From positions 2,496,001-2,560,000 of the forward strand of contig JAXHMG010000003.1 in assembly GCA_034521595.1 (NCBI GenBank): 64,000 bases of DNA. Direction: 5' to 3'. Below the pieces are notes generated by a model. It was not told where the DNA came from. It was given only the letters and a program-made list of their open reading frames with translations, and made no database searches. Source of the stretch: Gemmatimonadota bacterium (GTDB lineage: Bacteria > Gemmatimonadota > Gemmatimonadetes > Longimicrobiales > Gaopeijiaceae). The translations under genes and the position numbers were made by a program. Numbering within the stretch: position 1 is the stretch's first letter; each line of letters opens with the position of its first letter. This document shows, in pieces, positions 37,619 through 47,962 of the stretch.

Positions 37619-38344
37619 TCAGGCGTGCTCGATCTGGAGTAGCGGGATGCGGACGTCCCGTGGGCATCGGGCAACGAACAGGGCCGCATCGGCTACGTCT
37701 TCGGGACGTAGCATGGCCGAGCGGGGAGGAAGGCTCGGATCGGCGTCGGGATCGAGAGGATCCCAGATGGACGTATCGGTCGCCGAGGGCTCCAGGAGCG
37801 TGGCCCGAACCCCGGTCCCGCGCACCTCCTCCAGGAGCACCTCGTGAAAACCTCTGAGCCCGAACTTGGACGCGGAATACGCCCCATTCCCAGGAAGAGC
37901 CTTTCGTCCCGCCACCGAGCCCACGTTGACGATCAACCCCGAGCCACGCTCCAGCATGGAAGGCAGCAGGGTTCGCACCACCAGAACGGGAGCCCGGAGG
38001 TTAAGGGCCAACTCCAGGTCGAGCGCCGCCACGGTTTCCTCGGCGATCGGAGTGATTCCGAAGACGCCCGCCGCGTTCACGACGACATCGGGGGCCCCTT
38101 CGAGCTCGTCGCTCAGGCGGTCCATCGCGTCCCAGACGGCCACGTCGTCGGTCAGATCCACGACGAGCGCTCGTCCTCCCGTCTCGTCGGCCAACCTCCG
38201 CAACGCGTCCTCCGAGCGGCCGAGTCCGAACACGCGCGCGCCCGCCGCTGCGAACCGCTCCGCGATGCACCGTCCGATGCCCCGGCTCGCTCCGGTGACC
38301 AAGACGCTTCGGCCATCCAGGGCTCCGTGCTCCGTGGTGCTCAT
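37619..38344 (-). CDS. SDR oxidoreductase, candidate sepiapterin reductase
   Basis: [21 protein letters not shown] overlap with folE. SDR family is secure; the specific function is inferred from context. Confidence 0.8.
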   Translation of the reverse strand: MSTTEHGALDGRSVLVTGASRGIGRCIAERFAAAGARVFGLGRSEDALRRLADETGGRALVVDLTDDVAVWDAMDRLSDELEGAPDVVVNAAGVFGITPIAEETVAALDLELALNLRAPVLVVRTLLPSMLERGSGLIVNVGSVAGRKALPGNGAYSASKFGLRGFHEVLLEEVRGTGVRATLLEPSATDTSIWDPLDPDADPSLPPRSAMLRPEDVADAALFVARCPRDVRIPLLQIEHA

Positions 38345-38949
38345 CCCAACGGCTGATGCGAGCTGGTCGTGAGTCGCAGGAACTCGTCCCGCGTCCGTTG
38401 ATCGTCCAGGAACACTCCGCGCATGGCTGAGGTGATCGTCTTCGAATTCTGCTTCTCGACCCCCCGCATCATCATGCAGAGATGATAGGCTTCCACGACC
38501 ACCGCGACCCCTAGTGGCTGCACCGTGTCCCACATGGCCTGCGCGACCTGCTCCGTGAGCCGCTCCTGAACCTGGAACCGGCGGGCGAACACCTCGACGA
38601 GGCGGGCGACCTTCGAAAGGCCCACGATCTGTCCGTTCGGGATGTACGCCAGGTGCGCCTTGCCGAAGAACGGAAGCATGTGGTGCTCACACATCGAATA
38701 GAGCTCGATGTCCTTCACGAGCACCATGCTCTGGTGGGACTCGTCGAAGAGCGCATCCCCCATCACCTGCTCGGGTGTCTCCCGATACCCCTTCGTGAGG
38801 AAGGCCATCGATTCGGCCACCCGTTCCGGCGTGCGCTTCATCCCTTCCCGGGTAGGATCTTCCCCCAGGCGCCGGATCATCTCCGAGACGAGGTCCTCGA
38901 ACGAGGCCGTGCCGAGGTCCCCATCTCCACCCCTCTTCCGTTCACTCAT
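38341..38949 (-). CDS. folE: GTP cyclohydrolase I
   Basis: [40 protein letters not shown]. Confidence 0.97.
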   Translation of the reverse strand: MSERKRGGDGDLGTASFEDLVSEMIRRLGEDPTREGMKRTPERVAESMAFLTKGYRETPEQVMGDALFDESHQSMVLVKDIELYSMCEHHMLPFFGKAHLAYIPNGQIVGLSKVARLVEVFARRFQVQERLTEQVAQAMWDTVQPLGVAVVVEAYHLCMMMRGVEKQNSKTITSAMRGVFLDDQRTRDEFLRLTTSSHQPLG

Positions 38950-39379
38950 GCGCCGTGTCCTCCTGCGGGCCACGATACTCCACGGAGTTGTTCGGTGTCT
39001 CCCGGATCACGACGCTCCGCAGCCGCACCTCTTCCGGCAGCCGCTCGGCGATCCGCTCCCAGACCGCCACCGCGAGATTCTCGGTGGATGGAATGATCCC
39101 GGAGAGCCACGGCACTTCGACGTTCAGGTTCTTGTGATCGACGTCCACCACGACCCGACTCTGGATGATGTCCTTCAACCGCTTCAGGTCCATGACGAAC
39201 CCGGTCTCGGGATCGACCGACCCCTCCACGGAGACGATCAGCTCGTAGTTGTGACCGTGCCAATTCGGGTTCGCGCAATCCCCGAACACGCGGAGGTTCT
39301 CCTCTTCGGACCAGTCGTCGCGGTGCAAGCGGTGCGCCGCGGAGAAGTAGGCGCGACGGGTCACGGTTACGATCGACAT
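38942..39379 (-). CDS. 6-pyruvoyl-tetrahydropterin synthase family protein with C-x5-HGH (PTPS-II-type) motif
   Basis: [35 protein letters not shown]. Confidence 0.9.
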   Translation of the reverse strand: MSIVTVTRRAYFSAAHRLHRDDWSEEENLRVFGDCANPNWHGHNYELIVSVEGSVDPETGFVMDLKRLKDIIQSRVVVDVDHKNLNVEVPWLSGIIPSTENLAVAVWERIAERLPEEVRLRSVVIRETPNNSVEYRGPQEDTAHE

Positions 39380-39426
39380 GACGCTCCTGCACGGATTTCC
39401 GGAAAGGGAGCGGTCTCCCGAAACAC

Positions 39427-39480
39427 GTGGAGGCCGGACCCTCGTTCCCACCTTGCGGTGGGTGGGGAACCGGCCTCCAC
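39427..39480 (-). terminator. Hairpin directly 3' of the putative 6S RNA
   Basis: GTGGAGGCCGG...CCGGCCTCCAC inverted repeat with an inner CCCACC/GGTGGG stem; short GTGTTTC tail on the minus strand. Confidence 0.55.
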
Positions 39481-39631
39481 TGCGCATCGGAGGGGTTTAT
39501 TGAAGCCCGGGATGGAATTGATGGTGACCTCCCCGAACCCTTTCGCTTTCCCTCAAAGGGCCTAGCGTCGAGCCCGAGAGTCAGTCCCGGCTTCTTTTGC
39601 GTTGGCTCAATAACGGATTCTCCGACACGCA
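39481..39631 (-). ncRNA. ssrS: Probable 6S (SsrS)-like RNA
   Basis: Ends pair (TGCGTGTCGGAG with CTCCGATGCGCA; TTATTGA with TCAATAA); A-rich central bubble (AACGCAAAAGAAG); apical stem; TATATT -10 at 39642-39637; hairpin downstream. Confidence 0.65.
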
Positions 39632-39772
39632 CCTCTAATATACCCCACCCGTGGGTGATACGACAGGGTCGGGCCGTACCGACCGGAGCGGCCCTCCCCG
39701 TCGCGCGGCCGGGAGCAACCCTCGCGGCGCCTGTGGGACAACGGAAGACCTCACGGCTGCTGCCCGGCTCGC

Positions 39773-40639
39773 TCATTGGGCGCGGAATCCCCTCAACCGC
39801 CCCAGATTGGCAAGGTCGCTCGCCACGGGATCGTCCCCCTTCGGCGTCTCCAGGATCTTCGGCACGCCCCGAAGGCGCTCGTCCCTCATGATCCTTCGGA
39901 ACGGCTCCTCGCCCAGGGTCCCTTGCCCGATGGACTCGTGCCGGTCCTTGTGCGAAGCGAATGGATGCCGGGAGTCGTTCATGTGCACGAGTCCGAGCCG
40001 GTCGAGCCCCAGCACCCGATCGAACGCACTCCAAACGCCGTCGTAATCACCCACGAGATCGTACCCGGCGCTGTAGGCGTGGCACGTGTCGAAGCAGATG
40101 CCCAGACGCTCCTGCAGACGGCTCGGAACGTGGTCGAGAATCGTGCGCAGATTCTCGAAGGATCCACCCACGCTCGACCCGCTTCCCGCGGTGAGCTCCA
40201 GGAGCACCCGGGTCGGACCGTCCACCGCTTCCAGGCAGCGGGCGAGCTCCCCGGCGTTCCGTTCGAGGCCGGCCTCGGTGTCACCGTCCGTGGCGTTTCC
40301 GGGGTGCGTGACGAGGAAGTCCAACTCCAGCATCGTGCACCGCTCGAGCTCCGCCTCGAAAGACCGACGCGACCGGCCCCTGAGCGAGCCCTTCGGCGAC
40401 GAAAGGTTGATGAGATAGGAATCGTGTGCCCCGGCGACCTCGATCTCATGAGTGCTCCGCGCCTCCCGAAACGCAGCGGCTTCGTCCTCGGTGAGGGTCG
40501 GTTCTGCCCACCGGCTCGGCTGCTTGGTGAAGAGCTGGAGCACGACGGAATCGACGGCGCGGGCCCGCTCCGGAGCCTTGCTCACCCCGCCGGCCGCCGA
40601 AACGTGGGCACCGAGCTCGTCGTGTGAATGGGTCGTCAT
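39773..40639 (-). CDS. nfo: Endonuclease IV
   Basis: GAHVSAAGG, HDSYLINL, HPG, LELTAG, CFDTCH, HMNDS, KDRHE, ILETPK. Confidence 0.95.
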   Translation of the reverse strand: MTTHSHDELGAHVSAAGGVSKAPERARAVDSVVLQLFTKQPSRWAEPTLTEDEAAAFREARSTHEIEVAGAHDSYLINLSSPKGSLRGRSRRSFEAELERCTMLELDFLVTHPGNATDGDTEAGLERNAGELARCLEAVDGPTRVLLELTAGSGSSVGGSFENLRTILDHVPSRLQERLGICFDTCHAYSAGYDLVGDYDGVWSAFDRVLGLDRLGLVHMNDSRHPFASHKDRHESIGQGTLGEEPFRRIMRDERLRGVPKILETPKGDDPVASDLANLGRLRGFRAQ

Positions 40640-40852
40640 GAGCAGCAAGCCGGAAAGAAGTGATGGAATGGGAAGACTTTGACGGGCGTGGCGCATCGAA
40701 CGGCGTCATCCAGCCCGGGGGCGAAAAAGCTAAGGCGTTAATCGACAGCATCTTACGAAAACACGGGCGGAAGCCCGCGAACGGCACGCGACTTGAACCA
40801 ACCGATCGGGTGTGCCGAAAGGACGATTCCCCCGCGCGGAGCTCCCCCCGAG

Positions 40853-41293
40853 ATGCGCATCGCCACGGACGGATACATCGACTTGACCGACGCCCGCCAT
40901 GTTCGGACCCCCGGAGAACACGGAGACCAAGCCGAGCCGGTTCCCGAAGAGGAAGCGCTCGCGTTCCTCCTCTCCCACACCTTCCCCGGACATCGTCGGG
41001 TCATCCGACCGCTCTCCATCGAAGAGCGCAGGCGGATCCAGCGGGCGCTGTGGGCGGACTCGGTATCGGAGCGCATGGCCCTGGTGGACCGTGTCTGGCG
41101 CGCGATCACCGAAGAGGTGGGACCTCCCGCCGACATGGCGACGCCGGAGCTGATCCAGGTCATCCGTTGCCGTCAGCGTACCTATCCCCTGTACCTGGAC
41201 GGCCGTCACACCCGGGTCATCCCGGACCGGCCCCTTCCGGAAGCCGGACTCACCCGTCAGATGGTGATGGATTTCGACCTGAAAACCGCATGA
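40853..41293 (+). CDS. Hypothetical protein
   Basis: Protein-like ORF with a GGAG RBS, divergent from nfo; no motif recognised. Confidence 0.65.
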   Translation: MRIATDGYIDLTDARHVRTPGEHGDQAEPVPEEEALAFLLSHTFPGHRRVIRPLSIEERRRIQRALWADSVSERMALVDRVWRAITEEVGPPADMATPELIQVIRCRQRTYPLYLDGRHTRVIPDRPLPEAGLTRQMVMDFDLKTA

Positions 41294-41393
41294 GCGAAAG
41301 ATCGTGCCGGTCCGGAGCGCTTCGAGCGGCCGGTCGGCACCTGGCGCCCACGCTCGTGAGAGCTGGGTAGACGCCCTGGGGGGGGCGTGCCGG

Positions 41394-41427
41394 GAGCGGC
41401 GGTGGGTGTACGCACCTGCCGTCGCTC
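41394..41427 (+). terminator. Hairpin with TACG loop between convergent genes
   Basis: GAGCGGCGGTGGGTG-TACG-CACCTGCCGTCGCTC; its G-U pairs only form on the + strand RNA. Confidence 0.5.
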
Positions 41428-41472
41428 GATCCATTACGGGACCGAGTGCGACTCGCGCGGACCCGCTCACAC

Positions 41473-42864
41473 TCAGTCCGGCAGTCCCGGCTCGGTCATC
41501 CCCCTCACATCCATCGCTTCGTCGATCTGGTCTTCGGGAAGCAGGCCCTTCTCCAGCACGACCTCGCGGACGCTGATTCCTCGGGCCGCCGCTTCCTTCG
41601 CGACAACGGCCGCCTTGTCGTACCCGATGTAGGGATTCAGCGCGGTCGCGATCGACGGGTTACGCTCGAGGAGTTCCGTGGCTCGCTCCTCGTTCACCTC
41701 GATCCCGCTGACGCAGCGATCCGCGAACACGCGCGCCGTGTTGGCCAAAAGGGTCACGGACTCGAGGAGCGCTTGCGCCAGGACCGGCATCATGACGTTG
41801 AGCTCGAAGTTGCCGCGGCTTCCGGCGACGGTGACGGTCGTGTGATTCCCCATGACGCGAGCGGCAACCATCATCATCGCCTCCGAGAGCACGGGATTGA
41901 CCTTCCCCGGCATGATCGACGAGCCCGGCTGAATCGCGGGCAACCGGATCTCGTGGATCCCCGACGTCGGGCCGGATCCCAGCCACCGGATATCGTCCGC
42001 GATCTTCATGAAGCTCGTGGCCACCGTGTTCAGCGCCCCCGAGAGCTGCACCGCCGCGTCCTTCGCCCCCTGCGCCTCGAAATGGTCGTCGGCCTCTCGA
42101 AAGGAAACTCCGCTGAGGGTTCGGAGCCGAGCGATCGCTTTCCCGGCGAACTGCTCGTGGGTATTGATCCCGGTGCCCGTGGCGGTGCCCCCCAAAGCCA
42201 ACTCCTCGAGCTCGGTACCGGCCGCACGCACGCGATCGCCGCCTTTGTCGAGTTGCGTGGCATAGCCGCGAAACTCCTGTCCGAGCCGAACCGGGGTCGC
42301 GTCCATGAGGTGCGTCCGACCGGACTTCAAGACGTCGTCGAATGCGTCCGCCTTCTCGGCCAACGCGCTCCCGAGATGTGCCAGCGCCGGGAGCAGCTCC
42401 TCCTCGACCGCGACGCGCGTGGCCACATGGATGGCCGTCGGAATGACGTCGTTGGACGACTGCCCGAAGTTGACGTGGTCATTCGGATGCACCGCGGCGT
42501 CCCCATCCGAGAGCTGGGTGGCCCGTCGCGCGATCACCTCGTTGGCATTCATGTGCGTCGACGTCCCGGATCCGGTCTGGTAGATGTCGACGACGAACTC
42601 ACCGTCCCAGCGACCGTCCGCGACCTCGTCGGCCGCCTTCACGATCGCCTCCCCGATGTCGGGATCGAGCGTACCGAGCTCGACGTTCGCCTCGGCCGCC
42701 GCCCGCTTGATCCACCCCAGCGCTTGGATGAAGCGGCGGCCGAAGCGCTGGCCACTGATCGGGAAGTTGTCGACGGCGCGCTGCGTCTGCGCCCCGTAGA
42801 GCGCCTCCGCGGGAACCTTCATCTCGCCGAGCGAGTCCTTCTCGGTACGGAACTCATCAGCCAT
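41473..42864 (-). CDS. fumC: Class II fumarate hydratase
   Basis: GAQTQRA, QTGSGTS..MNANEV, QSSND, GRTHLMDA, GSSIMPGKVNP signature. Confidence 0.95.
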   Translation of the reverse strand: MADEFRTEKDSLGEMKVPAEALYGAQTQRAVDNFPISGQRFGRRFIQALGWIKRAAAEANVELGTLDPDIGEAIVKAADEVADGRWDGEFVVDIYQTGSGTSTHMNANEVIARRATQLSDGDAAVHPNDHVNFGQSSNDVIPTAIHVATRVAVEEELLPALAHLGSALAEKADAFDDVLKSGRTHLMDATPVRLGQEFRGYATQLDKGGDRVRAAGTELEELALGGTATGTGINTHEQFAGKAIARLRTLSGVSFREADDHFEAQGAKDAAVQLSGALNTVATSFMKIADDIRWLGSGPTSGIHEIRLPAIQPGSSIMPGKVNPVLSEAMMMVAARVMGNHTTVTVAGSRGNFELNVMMPVLAQALLESVTLLANTARVFADRCVSGIEVNEERATELLERNPSIATALNPYIGYDKAAVVAKEAAARGISVREVVLEKGLLPEDQIDEAMDVRGMTEPGLPD

Positions 42865-42997
42865 GGAGACGTGTCTCCTCAGTGGGTGGGGGTTCGTGCG
42901 TCGACCCGGTCACGGGCCACGACTGTCGAACAATCTACCGGGGGTCGTGCGGGCGTGAAGCCCCCTGGTCGCGGCCCCGAAGTCGTGCCTCCGGTGT

Positions 42998-43717
42998 TCA
43001 CCGCCCCCCGCCACGGTTCGGTTGGCTCGGCCGCATCTCGATACGGCTCACATGGGCCTCCTTCGGATACTCGAGAAGCTGCATGACCGCCAACGCGCAG
43101 TCTTCGGGCTGAAGCCTCCAGGTGCGTTCGCCACTCGGCTCCCGGCCGCTGAAGGGAGTGTTCACGCTGCCGGGCATCACCACGCTGACACGGACGTCGT
43201 CGTACCGTACATCCAGCATCATCGCTTCCGTCATCCCCAGGAGTCCGAACTTGCTCGCGTTGTAGCCGGTGCCCCCCGGAAAGGTGTTGCGGCTCGCCAA
43301 TGATCCGATGTTGATGATGAATCCGTCACCGCTCTCGCTCAGAGGCTTCAGGGCGGCCTTCGAGCAGTAGAACACACCGCCGAGGTTCACGTCGATCTGA
43401 CGGCGCCATTCCTCCACGGACAGCTCGGAGATCGGCTTGAAGACTCCGAGCCCCGCGTTGTTGACCAGGATATCGAGGCGTCCGAGCTGCCGCACCGTCT
43501 GCTGCACGAGCTTCTCGCACTCCTCCGGATCCGCCACGTCACAGGGGATCGGGGTGGCGAGGTCACCGAGCTCGGCCGCGGTGCGCTCCACGTCCGCTTC
43601 GGTGCGCGCGCTCACCACCACCCGGCTCCCCGCGGCGACGAGGTGCTCGGCGACGGATCGTCCGATTCCCTTGGTGCTTCCGGTCACGATCGCGACTTTA
43701 TCGCTCAGGTCGGGCAT
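42998..43717 (-). CDS. SDR family oxidoreductase
   Basis: TGSTKGIG, NNAG, YNASKFG, PGSVNT. Confidence 0.9.
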   Translation of the reverse strand: MPDLSDKVAIVTGSTKGIGRSVAEHLVAAGSRVVVSARTEADVERTAAELGDLATPIPCDVADPEECEKLVQQTVRQLGRLDILVNNAGLGVFKPISELSVEEWRRQIDVNLGGVFYCSKAALKPLSESGDGFIINIGSLASRNTFPGGTGYNASKFGLLGMTEAMMLDVRYDDVRVSVVMPGSVNTPFSGREPSGERTWRLQPEDCALAVMQLLEYPKEAHVSRIEMRPSQPNRGGGR

Positions 43718-43790
43718 AGGGCCTCTCCGCTCGGCTCGGGTTGGAAGGCGCCCGGCTCGTCGGGCGCCTTCTTCATCATGGAGTCTCGCC

Positions 43791-44540
43791 ATGAAGGGAC
43801 CACCATCGCAACGCGTCGCACTCGTCACCGGAGGGGCCGTTCGCATCGGCGCGGCCATCAGCGAGGGGCTCGCCCACACCGGCCACGACCTCGTCGTGAC
43901 GTACCGGTCGTCCGAAGAGCCCGCACGGGAGCTCGAGGAGCGGGTCCGGTCGCTCGGGCGCCGATGCGCGCTGGTATGGGCGGATCTGGCGGATCCCCAG
44001 GGATGCGCGGCCGTGGTCCGCACCGCCGCTGAGAGCTACGGACGGCTCGACGTGGTCGTGAACTCGGCGTCGACCTTCGAGGCCCGGCCACTCGCTTCCG
44101 TCGACGCGGCCGCCTGGGATGCCGTCATGGCCGTGAACGTGCGCGCACCCCATCTCGTGGTCCGCGCCGCCATCGACCTCCTGCGCGCCTCCCGGGGCTC
44201 GGTCGTCAACATCGCGGATCTGTCCGCGCTCGAACCGTGGACGGCGTTTCCGGATCACTCGGTCTCGAAAGCCGCGCTGGTCCACCTGACCCGCGTGCAA
44301 GCGAAGTCTCTGGCTCCCGAAGTGCGGGTCAACGCCGTCGTGCCCGGAGCCGTGCTCCAGCCCGAGCACAGCTCTCCGGCACACTGGGATCGTCTGGCCA
44401 AGGCCGCCCCGCTCGAGCGGACCGGCTCTCCGGCGGACGTGGTCGACGCCGTGCGCTACCTCATCGCCGCGGAGTTCGTGACCGGACAAGTCCTGACGGT
44501 GGACGGCGGACGCTCGCTCGGGACGACCACCCCACCTTGA
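43791..44540 (+). CDS. Pteridine reductase/FolM-like SDR
   Basis: TGGAVRIG (Arg in the glycine loop), NSAS, VNIAD, LAPEVRVN, VTGQVLTVDGG. Confidence 0.75.
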   Translation: MKGPPSQRVALVTGGAVRIGAAISEGLAHTGHDLVVTYRSSEEPARELEERVRSLGRRCALVWADLADPQGCAAVVRTAAESYGRLDVVVNSASTFEARPLASVDAAAWDAVMAVNVRAPHLVVRAAIDLLRASRGSVVNIADLSALEPWTAFPDHSVSKAALVHLTRVQAKSLAPEVRVNAVVPGAVLQPEHSSPAHWDRLAKAAPLERTGSPADVVDAVRYLIAAEFVTGQVLTVDGGRSLGTTTPP

Positions 44541-44550
44541 CAGCCCGCTG

Positions 44551-45567
44551 CTAGCCGACGGGCTCCTGCGCCTCGGTGCTCGCAGCAGCTTCAGCTCCCC
44601 CCAAAGCGAGCCAACGCTCCGCTTCGAGCGCCGCCATGCAGCCGGTGCCGGCCGCGGTCACCGCCTGCCGGTAGAAGTCGTCCATGACGTCTCCCGCCGC
44701 GTAGACGCCAGGAACGGACGTTTGGGTCCGCCAGGGAATCGGCGTCTCGATGTAGCCGTTCTCCCTCAAGTCCACCGCTCCCTCGAGGAAGCCCGTGTTG
44801 GGATCGTGTCCGATCGCGACGAACAGCCCTCCGATCTCCAGCCTGCTCTCGTCACCGGTGACGGTATCACGAAGCCGAAGCGCGCTGACCGATTCCTCAC
44901 CCTCCACCTCGGTGACGACCTTGTTCCATTCGACGCGGATCTTCTCGTGGTCCAACGCCCGGTCGGCCATGATCTTCGAAGCGCGGAACTCGTCACGCCG
45001 GTGCACGATCACCACCTCCCGAGCGAACTTCGCGAGGTAGAGCGCATCCTCCATCGCCGAGTCCCCGCCGCCGACCACCGCGAGCACCTGGTCGCGGAAA
45101 TGCGGCAGCGCGCCGTCGCACACGGCGCAGGCGCTGACGCCACCACCGGACTGGGCGAGGCGCTCCTCGTTGGGCAGACCCAACCACCGGGCGTTCGCGC
45201 CCGTCGCCACGATGACCGAATCGGCCACGACCTCACGCTCACCGCTCGTTCGGAGCCGGAAGGGGTGCTGCGAGACATCGACGCCCACCACGTCTTCCCA
45301 TGCCGTTCTCGTGCCGAAGCGAACGGCCTGGGCGCGCATCTCGGTCATCAGCTCGGGACCCGTCACGCCCTCCTTGAACCCGGGATAGTTCTCCACCTCG
45401 GTGGTGAACATGAGCTGCCCACCCGGAATCATGGTGCGGCTTCCGGCTCCCTCGAAGACGAAGGGCTCCATGTCCGCCCGGGCCGCGTAGATCGCCGCCG
45501 TCCACGCCGCCGGCCCGGAACCGATGATGACTACGGTCTCACGCTCACGGGGTCCTTGATCCGCCAT
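44551..45567 (-). CDS. trxB: Thioredoxin-disulfide reductase
   Basis: [46 protein letters not shown]. Confidence 0.95.
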   Translation of the reverse strand: MADQGPRERETVVIIGSGPAAWTAAIYAARADMEPFVFEGAGSRTMIPGGQLMFTTEVENYPGFKEGVTGPELMTEMRAQAVRFGTRTAWEDVVGVDVSQHPFRLRTSGEREVVADSVIVATGANARWLGLPNEERLAQSGGGVSACAVCDGALPHFRDQVLAVVGGGDSAMEDALYLAKFAREVVIVHRRDEFRASKIMADRALDHEKIRVEWNKVVTEVEGEESVSALRLRDTVTGDESRLEIGGLFVAIGHDPNTGFLEGAVDLRENGYIETPIPWRTQTSVPGVYAAGDVMDDFYRQAVTAAGTGCMAALEAERWLALGGAEAAASTEAQEPVG

Positions 45568-45572
45568 CGTAC

Positions 45573-46577
45573 TTACTCCTTGAAGACCTTCATGTTGGTC
45601 GAATGCCCCGGGTTCACGCGCGCCGAGGGATCGACGAAGTGGACCGCGTTGTTGACCGCCACGGCCGCCTCTGCGAAACCCGTGGCGATGAGGTCGAGTT
45701 TCCCTTCGTAGTCTACGACGTCTCCCGCGGCATAGATCCCGGACACGTTGGTCCCCATCAACCGATCCACCAGGATGCGGTTCTTGTCGACTTCCAGCCC
45801 CCAGTTCTTGATCGGCCCCAGATCGGGCTTGAAGCCGAGACACGAGATCACGACATCGCAGGGGATCTCCGTGTTCTCGTCGGTCCGGTTGTCGAAGATC
45901 GTCACCCGCTCGACCGTATCGTTCCCGTGAATCTCGCGGATCTCGTGGAACGTCCTGAGATCGATCTCGCCGGCCTCCGCGGCGGCTTCCATCTGCTCCA
46001 CCGAGGAGCCGTGCGCCCGCCACCCGTCACGCCGGTGCACGAGAGTCATCGATTCGGCCGTATCCTTGAGCATGAGCACGAAGTCGAGCGCGGAGTCGCC
46101 ACCGCCGACCACGACCACGCGCTTCCCGCGGAACGCGTCCGGATCCCGAACCGCGAACTCGATGCCCCGGTGCATGAAATCTTCGTATCCGGGGCAAGAG
46201 AGCGTCATGGGCTCGAACGCTCCCTTCCCACCGGCGATCACGATCGTGCGGCTCCGAAACCGTCCGTCGGAGCAGGTGAGCACGAAGTGGTCGTCGACCC
46301 GCTCCAGCGTCCGAACCTGTTGCTCGAGCACGACCTCCGGATCGAACTGCATCGCTTGCTGAACGAGGTTCCGGGTCAGCTCCTTGGCCATGATCTTGGG
46401 ATAGCCACCCACGTCGAAGATGTACTTCTCCGGATACAGGGCCGTCAGCTGACCTCCGAGCTCGGGGAGGGAATCGACGATACGGCAGGAGGAGCCCCTC
46501 ATTCCGGCGTAGAATGCCGCGAACAGGCCCGTCGGCCCTCCGCCGATGATGGTGATATCGCGAATCTCGTCAGCCAT
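45573..46577 (-). CDS. TrxR-like ferredoxin-NADP+ reductase (YumC type)
   Basis: [38 protein letters not shown], no CxxC, C-terminal GHST. Confidence 0.88.
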   Translation of the reverse strand: MADEIRDITIIGGGPTGLFAAFYAGMRGSSCRIVDSLPELGGQLTALYPEKYIFDVGGYPKIMAKELTRNLVQQAMQFDPEVVLEQQVRTLERVDDHFVLTCSDGRFRSRTIVIAGGKGAFEPMTLSCPGYEDFMHRGIEFAVRDPDAFRGKRVVVVGGGDSALDFVLMLKDTAESMTLVHRRDGWRAHGSSVEQMEAAAEAGEIDLRTFHEIREIHGNDTVERVTIFDNRTDENTEIPCDVVISCLGFKPDLGPIKNWGLEVDKNRILVDRLMGTNVSGIYAAGDVVDYEGKLDLIATGFAEAAVAVNNAVHFVDPSARVNPGHSTNMKVFKE

Positions 46578-46679
46578 GAGCTTCAGTGGAGCGCGCGCCG
46601 CGCCGGCTCGGGGCACGCGGATGAGACGGATCGGGGAAGCCCCCCGAGCGTCACAAGTGTAACGCTCCCTCGAAACCGA

Positions 46680-47951
46680 TCAAACGGGCGCAGCCTCTTC
46701 ACTGGCGGCCTCTCCACCATAGAAATCCGAGGCACGGTAGCGCTCGAGCGCCCGCAAGACGAGGAGCTTACCCATGGCCGCGGCCGGGACCCCGATCAAC
46801 AGACCGACGAACCCGAAGAAGTAGCCCCCGAGCGCCAGGGCGAGCACGACCCACACGGGATGCAAGCCCACGGACTCTCCGACGATCCGCGGTGAGATCA
46901 CGGTGCCTTCGAGCCCTTGGGCCACGGCGTAGACGACGGCGACTTTCAGAAGTGAGAGCGCCACGGATCCGCTCACCAACGCGATGAGGATCGCCGGAGC
47001 CAGGCTGAGCACCAGACCGAGGTAGGGCACGATCGAGAAGACCGCCACGATCAGCCCCAGCGTCGCCGCGTATGGGAAGCTCACCGCCCAGAGCCCGAGC
47101 CCCGTGACGAGGCCGACGATGGCCGCCACGGTGACCTGGCCCCGCAGATAGCGGGCGATGAGCCGGTCACCCTCCCGGGCGAACGAGACCGTGTCGTCGC
47201 GACGGTCCTCCGGAACGAGCTCCGCCAACCGAGCCGTGATCCGATCCCAGTCGCGCAAGAGATAGAACGTCAGGACGGGCGTGAGCGCCACATAGCCGAG
47301 CACGGTGAAGGCCGAGCCGATCCCTCGCCCCAGGCCCAACACTCCCTCCCAGATCCAGCGTCCGAGGTCGGCCCGGCGCTCCTCCAAGAACGCGACCACG
47401 GCCTCGCCGTCCACGGCACGGAGGCGCGTGAGCAGCGCCTCTTCGTCGACGAGTGGCACATCGAGCGTCCCGAGTCGAGCCGGCGATGCCTCGATCCAGT
47501 CGGCGATCCGCGCGAAGAAGACCGGGAGATCCGAGAGGATGGTCCCCACCTGTCTCGCGGCCGCCGGAATCGCGACGAACAGGAGCAATCCCAGCGCCCC
47601 GAGCGCAGGAAGCGCCAGCAGGAGGATGGCGACCGTTCGCGGGATCCTCCGCTCTTGCATCCAGTCCACGAGCGGGTCGAGCACGTACGCCAACACGACG
47701 GCGAGCACGAACGGCGCGAGGAGCGTCCCGGTCGTCGACAACAGCCAGACCAGGGTGATCACTCCCGCGATGCCCAGAAGCGCCCCGTACCCGGCTCGAC
47801 CGCGGTGCGGGAGCATCACGCCCCAAAAGAGCAGGAAGAGGAAGACGGGGTTGAGGATGGATCGCGTCGAGAAGAGAAAGAACCCCAGCACGAGCACGAC
47901 GGCCGCGGTCTGAACCCACGGCCACGCGCTTCCCCCGTCTCGATCGCTCAC
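46680..47951 (-). CDS. AI-2E family transporter
   Basis: LAYVLDPLV, FYLLRDW, YLRGQ, VPYLG, PRIVGESVGLHP motifs. Confidence 0.9.
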   Translation of the reverse strand: MSDRDGGSAWPWVQTAAVVLVLGFFLFSTRSILNPVFLFLLFWGVMLPHRGRAGYGALLGIAGVITLVWLLSTTGTLLAPFVLAVVLAYVLDPLVDWMQERRIPRTVAILLLALPALGALGLLLFVAIPAAARQVGTILSDLPVFFARIADWIEASPARLGTLDVPLVDEEALLTRLRAVDGEAVVAFLEERRADLGRWIWEGVLGLGRGIGSAFTVLGYVALTPVLTFYLLRDWDRITARLAELVPEDRRDDTVSFAREGDRLIARYLRGQVTVAAIVGLVTGLGLWAVSFPYAATLGLIVAVFSIVPYLGLVLSLAPAILIALVSGSVALSLLKVAVVYAVAQGLEGTVISPRIVGESVGLHPVWVVLALALGGYFFGFVGLLIGVPAAAMGKLLVLRALERYRASDFYGGEAASEEAAPV

Positions 47952-47962
47952 CGCGCCACGGA

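Noticed and set aside
38942-39379. Calling the PTPS gene queD
   Set aside because: The motif spacing is C-x5-HGH rather than C-x3-HGH, and no queC/queE/queF genes are adjacent.
40660-41370. 236-aa ORF overlapping the hypothetical gene at 40853
   Set aside because: It covers the divergent promoter region and becomes Arg/Pro-rich low-complexity sequence; the 40853 frame has an RBS and protein-like composition.
44551-46577. Tandem duplication of thioredoxin reductase
   Set aside because: The second gene lacks CxxC and has YumC-type ferredoxin-NADP reductase motifs; these are two ordinary, distinct families.
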